Shown here one piece after another: positions 51,966-57,901 of a stretch of 57,901 nucleotides of DNA. Numbering within the stretch: position 1 is the stretch's first letter; each line of letters begins with the position of its first letter. The notes beneath the pieces are model-generated. The model saw nothing but the letters and a program-made list of their open reading frames with translations. It did no database searches and was not told the DNA's origin. Position numbers and translations under genes: made by a program. Source of the DNA: Candidatus Saccharimonadia bacterium (GTDB lineage: Bacteria; Patescibacteriota; Saccharimonadia; UBA4664; SCTI01); the NCBI GenBank assembly GCA_046597065.1, contig JBKJLI010000003.1, positions 356,841 to 414,741 of the forward strand, in the 5' to 3' direction.

Positions 51966-52943
51966 TTAACCGACTCTCTCTATACCCACGGCCGCGTCGA
52001 TCTGCCTAACCATCGGATCTTCTCTCATTTGTAGGCGAGTGGCTAGCCGTAGGTCTTTGCGCAGTTCGATGATCAGCTCATCGATGTCGGACGTGAACTC
52101 GAAATCGATCGCGACGCCAGTTGGGACCTTGCGGATAACCGTTCTCCGAGCCTCAATTGCTGCACGGATGTCGGTTTGACAGCGCAGCAGTTCGGATTCT
52201 AGTCGCTGCAACTTAACAAACCGTTTAGTCATTTGCACCAGCAGAGTTTCGCGTTGCCTCATCAGCTCTTGAGTTTGCGCCAGCGATTCTGGCAGCGGCA
52301 CGTCAAGTGGCAGCTCTCGGCTTACCGCCCATGCCGCAAAGGCATCTGCCGGCTTTAGTTCGAGGTACCAGTTGGTCACAGAGAAGCGACCAATCCGAAT
52401 ATTTACCACTGGGCCGGGATCGATCGGCCCTGCAAGGTTACCCCTTGTAAAGCTGCTGTATGGCAGGCGGATAAGCGAGACATCTTCACCAGGACATGGC
52501 TGACTTGGGACCAGTGTTAAGCCGGTTGCTCCAACAATCTCCAGCCCATTTGTTGTAATGAGGTTTCGCACTGGCTTTACCCGAGCAGCTTTTGGAACCA
52601 CCCCCATCACTGCTCGGCCATAACCCATTCCAAAGACAACGAACGGTTCCCCGGGTCGGGTGCTCAGCATTAAGCCAAGTTGCTTAACTTGGTGGTAGCT
52701 ACTAAGCTTCCGGCTAGTTGTGCCTTCAAGCAGGATGATTGTATCCAGTGCGTCGTCTCCGGTTGACTCGCCATCTTCGATACGCCGCTGCACATCGGCG
52801 ATGATGGCCCAGGCTTGGGACCTAGCATTCTGTACCACTTGCTGCTGATCGGCAAGATCCGCTTCAGCAGCTGCCGCTACATCGAGCTTTCGCCGAGCTT
52901 GAGCTGTCAGCCTGGCGATGTCTCCGCCCTTAGATGGACTCAC
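51966..52943 (-). CDS. Hypothetical protein (about 325 aa): coiled-coil ends flanking a beta-rich core
   Basis: GTG at 52943 lies 6 nt after GGAGG (complement of 52950-52954); the track start at 52967 (TTG) is less likely. No catalytic motif recognised. Confidence 0.6.
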   Translation of the reverse strand: MSPSKGGDIARLTAQARRKLDVAAAAEADLADQQQVVQNARSQAWAIIADVQRRIEDGESTGDDALDTIILLEGTTSRKLSSYHQVKQLGLMLSTRPGEPFVVFGMGYGRAVMGVVPKAARVKPVRNLITTNGLEIVGATGLTLVPSQPCPGEDVSLIRLPYSSFTRGNLAGPIDPGPVVNIRIGRFSVTNWYLELKPADAFAAWAVSRELPLDVPLPESLAQTQELMRQRETLLVQMTKRFVKLQRLESELLRCQTDIRAAIEARRTVIRKVPTGVAIDFEFTSDIDELIIELRKDLRLATRLQMREDPMVRQIDAAVGIERVG

Positions 52944-52993
52944 TTTACACCTCCGTGTAAAATTCAAGGTTCACTCACAATCGAGAATGTTGT

Positions 52994-53022
52994 AATTATG
53001 CCCTAATTTTGGCTTGTAGCAA
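52994..53022 (-). promoter_or_regulatory. Candidate promoter TTGCTA-17 nt-ATAATT for the 325-aa orphan gene
   Basis: - strand hexamers are the complement of 53017-53022 and of 52994-52999. Confidence 0.4.
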
Positions 53023-53034
53023 GCAAAAGCAATA

Positions 53035-53095
53035 TAAAAAACCCAAGTGGTTAAACTTGGGTCAGGCGGCGGAGCGTCCGGTATGCTCCGCCGCC
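53035..53095 (-). terminator. Tandem terminators after the 140-aa orphan gene
   Basis: 11-bp stem GGCGGCGGAGC/GCTCCGCCGCC (53065-53095), then 8-bp stem ACCCAAGT/ACTTGGGT (53041-53062) followed on the - strand by TTTTTT. Confidence 0.8.
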
Positions 53096-53108
53096 GGTTG
53101 GCGCGACC

Positions 53109-53531
53109 TCACCCTTGGTTACGCGGGGACTTCGATGCCACCGCGGTAAGGTTCATCTCGGTATCAAGCCTTCTCAGCTTTTGCTTAACACCTTCAAGGA
53201 TTGCCAAGGCATCATCGGGTGCTAACTCGCTTATTGCATCCGAAATTGCGTTCCCTAGAAACGATATAGCCACATCAATTGATCTGGTAGTGATCGTTCG
53301 GGTTTTGATGACACTTGGATCATCGGTTAGCTGTATAGCTTCCTTGAAAGTTCGGGAGCTTGATCCTATTAGCCCCGCAACCAAAAGTTTTGAGTTTGAA
53401 CTTTCCGTTAACAAGAACTCCCCATCAGTTACAGCCGTTCGGAGATTTTCAAATCTGGAAACGCCGACAAGCACGTCTCCGCCAATAATGAAGACAATTT
53501 TGACTTCATACCCCTTGCCGGAATCCTTCAT
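53109..53531 (-). CDS. Hypothetical protein (140 aa)
   Basis: The - strand is supported by its own promoter and the tandem terminators. The overlapping + ORF 53047-53583 is Ser/Leu-rich with no signals. Confidence 0.55.
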   Translation of the reverse strand: MKDSGKGYEVKIVFIIGGDVLVGVSRFENLRTAVTDGEFLLTESSNSKLLVAGLIGSSSRTFKEAIQLTDDPSVIKTRTITTRSIDVAISFLGNAISDAISELAPDDALAILEGVKQKLRRLDTEMNLTAVASKSPRNQG

Positions 53532-53570
53532 TACGCTCTCGCTCTCGGTCGAAGTAATAAGTGATGGCCT

Positions 53571-53599
53571 ATTATCACATTAAATCATGCATCTATCAA
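53571..53599 (-). promoter_or_regulatory. Candidate promoter TTGATA-17 nt-GATAAT (TGT extended -10) for the 140-aa orphan gene
   Basis: - strand hexamers are the complement of 53594-53599 and of 53571-53576. Confidence 0.45.
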
Positions 53600-53647
53600 C
53601 AGCGTCTTGGCATACTGGAACATCAACCATAGGGTTCGCGCCAAATA

Positions 53648-54505
53648 TTAGTTGGCTAAGCCCTGTAGGGCCATTCGAATCGCAGTACTCGCAGCCCCAA
53701 AAGTTGTGATTGGATGACTTGTAACTCGCCTTGCCACTAACGCCGCTCCATTCAATCCCTCAAACGGCTTACTCCCTTGCTGTAGCCAAAAAGTTGCTAC
53801 TAGCCCTATCATGACGGGCGTCCAGTTACTTAAACCGTTTTCTAGTGAAGTTAAACTTATTCGCTCATCACTTGCCACAATCACCTCGTTATCAAAAACA
53901 ACATAACTACAGCGGCTTATAGAAGCCAGCTGTTTTATAATTTCAATTTTCCCAATAACCCCTCGATTCGGCTTGATTGCAATCGGCAGGTGGTGATGAT
54001 TGGCAAGTGCGAACAGACCCGGCATAGTTACAACCACAACCGCGCGCGGGTTACCAGTGATTAAATCAGGATGAAATTTTAAAACTTCAACAACTTCCGA
54101 AGTAATAATTAACCGACCATCGTACTGGCGTAATAACGATTCAACTAAAATGCCGGTCTCGGAATTGTTAGTTAGGTTTGCGCCAAGAACCATACCGTCG
54201 TATTCGCCGCCTAAGTGCAGTAGTTCGCCTAGAGCCGCTCGGCCGAGTGATCCAGATGCACTGGTTGGCAAAAAATGTCCAAAACCGCCGCCACCGACCA
54301 GCCGCTGCAAACTGTCGGGCATAGCCGCCTGTAACTCCCCTATCCCGGCAGCTTCGGCAATCTGATAAATTGCCTGTACGCCATCAAACTGCTGCTTGTG
54401 ACCACCAATAATTAGCAAGCGCCCGCCGCGACTTTTAAGTGTTGGTAAATTCCAAAACACATCAGGGAATAATGGTGTGTCGGATTGGCGCAAAAAATCA
54501 GTCAT
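53648..54505 (-). CDS. YjeF C-terminal / carbohydrate-kinase-fold protein (NAD(P)HX dehydratase-like), divergent
   Basis: GGRLLIIGGHKQQFDGVQAIYQIAEAAGIG resembles the family N-terminal pattern. I could not find the usual C-terminal GxGD motif. Confidence 0.4.
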   Translation of the reverse strand: MTDFLRQSDTPLFPDVFWNLPTLKSRGGRLLIIGGHKQQFDGVQAIYQIAEAAGIGELQAAMPDSLQRLVGGGGFGHFLPTSASGSLGRAALGELLHLGGEYDGMVLGANLTNNSETGILVESLLRQYDGRLIITSEVVEVLKFHPDLITGNPRAVVVVTMPGLFALANHHHLPIAIKPNRGVIGKIEIIKQLASISRCSYVVFDNEVIVASDERISLTSLENGLSNWTPVMIGLVATFWLQQGSKPFEGLNGAALVARRVTSHPITTFGAASTAIRMALQGLAN

Positions 54506-54524
54506 CTATTTAACTAGCCTTGGC

Positions 54525-55364
54525 CTAAGCCTTGGTTAAAGCTTTCAGTCGGTCAAGATTGGCCTTGTCTGGTCCCTTACCCTCTATGCCCGGAACCTCA
54601 AGCACCCCAACCATTGTTTTGACATTGGGATTGTTCAAGATAACCTTAAACCCTTCATTGCCAATATAGCCATCGCCAATGTTTTCGTGGCGATCGCGGC
54701 GGCTATCTAGCTCGGTTTTAGAATCATTTAAGTGCAGCAATGGTAGATTATCCAAGCCGATCAATTTATCGAATTTGGATAAGGCCTCATCCCAACCTTC
54801 TGTAGTCTTAACGTCATATCCCCCTGCCAGCATATGACAGGTGTCGAGGCAGAAGCCAATTCGCTCATCGCGGCCCATGGCCTCATAAATAGCCGCCAGC
54901 TCCTCAATACTATTACCGATGTTATTGCCGCTTCCAGCCGATATTTCTAGCAGTAACTTTCCATTTTTAATCGGCTCAATCACTTCTGTTAATGATTCGA
55001 CCATCTTTGGCATCACAGCCTCAAGCCCTTCGCCTTTGTGCGAGCCCATATGCGTAACCACGCCCTTAATCCCCAGTTGCTCGGCGTTAACCATGGTATT
55101 TTTTGCTGCTGCGACCGATTTAACCCGCATGGCTTCATCTGGAGTACCATATGCCGTTAAATACATCATGTGCACATAGCAGGGCATGTCTTCGTCGGCA
55201 CAGGCCTGCTTAAAGGCCTCGGCCACCTTATCTTCATAGCTTGTTAGGGCAAAAGTTCGTGGGCTACCTAAGAAAATCTGCAAAGCTTCTGCGCCCATTG
55301 CTTTAGCCCGGGCTGGGGTGCCCGGCAGATCGCCCGCGGTCGAGATGTGCACGCCGTATTTCAT
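54525..55364 (-). CDS. nfo: Endonuclease IV (AP endonuclease, TIM barrel)
   Basis: GVHIS, VTHMGSH, LLEISAGSGNNIG, CLDTCHMLAGGYD, LHLNDSK, DRHENIGDGYIG. Confidence 0.92.
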   Translation of the reverse strand: MKYGVHISTAGDLPGTPARAKAMGAEALQIFLGSPRTFALTSYEDKVAEAFKQACADEDMPCYVHMMYLTAYGTPDEAMRVKSVAAAKNTMVNAEQLGIKGVVTHMGSHKGEGLEAVMPKMVESLTEVIEPIKNGKLLLEISAGSGNNIGNSIEELAAIYEAMGRDERIGFCLDTCHMLAGGYDVKTTEGWDEALSKFDKLIGLDNLPLLHLNDSKTELDSRRDRHENIGDGYIGNEGFKVILNNPNVKTMVGVLEVPGIEGKGPDKANLDRLKALTKA

Positions 55365-55407
55365 GGCCTTAGTTTAGCGCCTTGCCAGAGTTTAGTACAC
55401 TTGGAGG

Positions 55408-56583
55408 ATGTCTTACACACTTTCGTCCGACCAAGTTGCCGCCTTAAAGCAGATTGGCGCTTGGTACCGCCAGCCGCCTCAGCAGTATCTAACTCTGGGC
55501 GGATACGCTGGTACCGGCAAAACCACCCTGATTGGCTACGTGCGCAAAGCCATTCGCGAAAACGACCCCGATATTAAAGTGGCCTTTTGTGCCTTTACCG
55601 GTAAGGCAGTGCGAGTCATGGAAACCGCATTAAAAAGCCAAAAGGTTAGCCGCAAGAGTGACTCGATTGGTACAATTCACAGCCTAATTTATGACACCCA
55701 GCTTGATCGCGCCGGCCATGTTACTGCCTGGCGGCGCAAAGCCCAGTTGGCAGTTGATTTAATTATTGTTGATGAGGCCAGTATGGTCACGGCCGAACTT
55801 TGGCAGGACTTAATTAGCTTTAAGTTGCCGATTTTGGCGGTTGGTGACCATGGCCAGCTACCGCCGGTGGGCAGCGATTTTAACCTTATGGCCGAGCCAA
55901 TGCTCAGGCTCGAGCAGGTTTACCGCCAGGCCGCCGCCAGCCCGATTACCAAAATTGCCACCCTGGCCCGCACTACCGGCCATATTCCGGCCGAGAATTT
56001 TGGTGAAGGTGTTATAAAACTTGATCGTTCTTCTGATTCGGTTGGTATCGCCATGGAGGAGTTACTGGAGCAGTGGCGACCCAGCTGGTTGGTGCTAGCC
56101 GGATACAACCACACCAGAGTAAAGTTAAATCACACGCTGCGCGATCGCATGGGTTTTGAGTCGGCCGATCCAGTTGCCGGAGACCAAGTAATCTGTTTGC
56201 GCAACAACCCTACCGCCAAGCTCTACAATGGCATGACAGGCACCATTACGCGTATTACCACCAGTAATAATGACGACGATAGCTTGTGGTGGTTGGCAGA
56301 TATAAGCATTGATGATGTCAGTTTTGAAGGCTACATTCTACGCGAGCAGTTTGGTGCCTCGACTACAGTCAAAAAGCCACCTCTTGCACCTGACGGCAAA
56401 CGTGGCAATCTGTTTGATTTTGGGTACGCCCTAACTGTGCACAAGGCTCAGGGCTCATCGGCCGAAACCGTATTGCTGTTCGAGGAGCGATCTAAGCACA
56501 TGAGCGATGAAGACTGGCGCCGCTGGCTGTACACTGCTGTTACGCGCGCCGAGCATAAACTTTATATTGTTGGCGACGCTTAA
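55408..56583 (+). CDS. RecD/Dda/Pif1-like SF1B DNA helicase (compact, 391 aa)
   Basis: Walker A GGYAGTGKTTLI, Walker B LIIVDEASMV, VGDHGQLPPV, C-terminal YALTVHKAQGSSAETVLL. Confidence 0.85.
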   Translation: MSYTLSSDQVAALKQIGAWYRQPPQQYLTLGGYAGTGKTTLIGYVRKAIRENDPDIKVAFCAFTGKAVRVMETALKSQKVSRKSDSIGTIHSLIYDTQLDRAGHVTAWRRKAQLAVDLIIVDEASMVTAELWQDLISFKLPILAVGDHGQLPPVGSDFNLMAEPMLRLEQVYRQAAASPITKIATLARTTGHIPAENFGEGVIKLDRSSDSVGIAMEELLEQWRPSWLVLAGYNHTRVKLNHTLRDRMGFESADPVAGDQVICLRNNPTAKLYNGMTGTITRITTSNNDDDSLWWLADISIDDVSFEGYILREQFGASTTVKKPPLAPDGKRGNLFDFGYALTVHKAQGSSAETVLLFEERSKHMSDEDWRRWLYTAVTRAEHKLYIVGDA

Positions 56584-56619
56584 GCCTACCGCTATACTGC
56601 TTGAATACAAGGAGACCAA

Positions 56620-57006
56620 ATGGAAGAAACCACCCTCGATGCCATCTATCGCTTAATGCAAGAACTCGAAGACATACGCGCTAAAACTAAGCAGATGCGG
56701 GACAACTTAAAAGACGTTTTGTTGCAGAATGAAGAGTATCAAGAGCTGCAAGAAGAGGCCAAGGAGTTAACACTCAAGCGCCAGGCTGCCAAGAAGCTTC
56801 TAGAAGCCGATCGTGACTTTCAAACCATTAACTCTGAGCTCGAAGAACTAAAATTTAAACAGAAAGATCTTCAAGAAATTATGAGTCATCACTTGGTGAC
56901 CCACTACAATCAAACCCAGGAAACCCAGATTAAAGATCCCGAAGGTGAGCTGCGCACGATCATTTTATCGGCTAAAATTGGCAAGCCCGAAGCCAGCTTT
57001 GAGTAG
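56620..57006 (+). CDS. Hypothetical coiled-coil protein (128 aa)
   Basis: AAGGAG 6 nt upstream. Heptad-like E/K/L/Q-rich sequence. Confidence 0.55.
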   Translation: MEETTLDAIYRLMQELEDIRAKTKQMRDNLKDVLLQNEEYQELQEEAKELTLKRQAAKKLLEADRDFQTINSELEELKFKQKDLQEIMSHHLVTHYNQTQETQIKDPEGELRTIILSAKIGKPEASFE

Positions 57007-57024
57007 CATTGACCAAATCCTGAG

Positions 57025-57606
57025 TTACTTATTTACTGTCTGTTTTTTTTGGGTTGATTCATCAACTTTGCAGCCGTCCCAAAGTCCTCTATTTGCTTCG
57101 CGGGCTGCCCGCTCCCATTTGTGAAAGTCGTCTAGCATACCGTTTGGAAACAACGTATAGGCAAAAGCGTAGCCTTGTTCTACCATATATTGATTCAAAA
57201 AAGTGCCATCTTCTAAATAGACGTAACGCAACAGTCGATTATATTTATCTCGATCACCACTAGCTGCATCAGCCTCTAACCGAACAGTTTTACCATCCAG
57301 TAACTTATGCGCTTGTTGCGATGCCACTTGGCCAAAGCACTGTACTGGTATGCGTGGATCCTTGGTTTCTGGGGTATCTATTCCAATCAAACGAACCGTT
57401 TCGTCTTTTCCGGCCATATGCACGGCAAATGTATCGCCATCGCTTACGTGCGCCACAGGGTAATAGCCCGGAGTCACCGGAATATCCAATGAAGTCGCGC
57501 CTAGCTTGCCACTGCGGTCAACGCTGAGCCCTAAGTAGCTAAGAATTATCAGCAGCAAGGCGCTGGCAGAGCTTTGAATTATTCTTTTACGCTGGCGTGT
57601 AGTCAT
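57025..57606 (-). CDS. Secreted/membrane-anchored thermonuclease (staphylococcal nuclease fold)
   Basis: TM ALLLIILSYLGL, then VSDGDTFAV...VRLIGIDTPET...DKYNRLLRYVYL.DGT.LN..MV.QGYA. Confidence 0.88.
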   Translation of the reverse strand: MTTRQRKRIIQSSASALLLIILSYLGLSVDRSGKLGATSLDIPVTPGYYPVAHVSDGDTFAVHMAGKDETVRLIGIDTPETKDPRIPVQCFGQVASQQAHKLLDGKTVRLEADAASGDRDKYNRLLRYVYLEDGTFLNQYMVEQGYAFAYTLFPNGMLDDFHKWERAAREANRGLWDGCKVDESTQKKQTVNK

Positions 57607-57647
57607 CCACCAACTATAACGGAGTCTGGTTAAAGTTTTATTACACA

Positions 57648-57680
57648 GCAAAAATACCCCAACTTTGCAGTCGGGGTATT
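57648..57680 (-). terminator. Rho-independent terminator of the pilin-like gene
   Basis: AATACCCC (57653-57660) pairs with GGGGTATT (57673-57680), followed on the - strand by TTTTT. Confidence 0.7.
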
Positions 57681-57711
57681 CTGATTCAAGCTCGAGCCTT
57701 AAGTAGAGAGT

Positions 57712-57901
57712 TTAATTAGCCGAGTTAACGGTGTAGACTCCGGCGGTAGCCTGAGGATCGTTAGCATTCTCAACCGTAGCAGTCAGTGTATAACTGGTAC
57801 AAGCACCACTAGCACATGAGGCTGGTGAGGGGGTGTAGGTGTAGTTCTGTCCACCCTTGGGATCATTTGGTACCGTCTTCATGTATGGGGTGGTACCGGC
57901 A
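57712..57901 (-). CDS. Type IV pilin / pseudopilin-like protein, C-terminal 62 codons (5' end outside window)
   Basis: Hand translation ...AGTTPYMKTVPNDPKGGQNYTYTPSPASCASGACTSYTLTATVENANDPQATAGVYTVNSAN*. The P.DP..G..Y.Y ... C..C..Y.L.A.LEN pattern is typical of pilin C-termini. Absent from the ORF track because it has no start within the window. Confidence 0.55.
   Translation of the reverse strand, partial: AGTTPYMKTVPNDPKGGQNYTYTPSPASCASGACTSYTLTATVENANDPQATAGVYTVNSAN

Noticed and set aside
53047-53583. 178-aa + strand ORF overlapping the 140-aa - strand ORF.
   Set aside because: The promoter and tandem terminators are oriented for the - strand. The + translation is Ser/Leu-rich and runs through the terminator hairpins.
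1-57901. Looked for CRISPR arrays, rRNA genes, IS elements, integrases/transposases, and prophage structural genes.
   Set aside because: I saw no regularly spaced direct repeats and no rRNA-like conserved tracts. No translated ORF carries recombinase, transposase or phage capsid/terminase motifs that I recognise.

Overview
57.9-kb chromosomal segment. Gene content and style suggest a small-genome, Gram-positive-type Patescibacteria/CPR organism, Saccharibacteria-like; this is inference only, no search was possible. I call about 60 protein genes, 2 tRNAs, 2 pseudogenes, one family of about 120-nt intergenic repeats, and a set of hand-found promoters and terminators. Layout: (1) 2-12964, all on +: histidine kinase/receiver pair, recO, glyQS, a 2-gene orphan cassette, then a compact dcw cluster (mraZ-rsmH-ftsL-like-ftsI-mraY-ftsW-murG-ftsQ) behind a promoter carrying GTGGG MraZ boxes. 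(2) 12965-13578: an AT-rich, ORF-free gap where the + block meets a long - block; it contains a dif-like 28-mer, so it may be the replication terminus. (3) 13579-31046, almost all on -: sigma-r4/HARE-HTH protein plus a membrane-anchored VirD4/TraD-like ATPase, PBP1A, topA, dus, dprA, pth, der, a D-Ala-D-Ala carboxypeptidase, a pseudouridine synthase, and a receiver/kinase pair. (4) 31047-36470: a mosaic accessory region around tRNA-Glu with small membrane ORFs, a frameshifted G5-Excalibur gene, a P-loop kinase bracketed by repeats, a truncated zwf remnant, a small secreted-protein cassette, and an ORF-less, promoter-to-terminator segment of about 0.6 kb packed with hairpins. I consider that last segment the best candidate for something new: a large structured ncRNA. 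(5) 36477-51714: envelope and housekeeping genes (RRM protein, PLD/cardiolipin synthase, LysM-Rpf-like transglycosylase, RlpA-like, DUF3048, gltX, the operon mreB-O-antigen-ligase-like-GT4-TagA, PEGA protein, sortase). (6) 51797-53599: tRNA-Leu followed by two orphan genes, each with its own promoter and terminator. (7) 53648-57901: nfo, a RecD-like helicase, a secreted thermonuclease, and the 3' end of a type IV pilin-like gene. A second candidate sRNA of about 230 nt, with promoter and terminator, lies between dprA and pth. No CRISPR array, rRNA, integrase or transposase was seen. All compositional statements are by eye or from small hand counts. All homology statements come from recognised motifs, not database hits.
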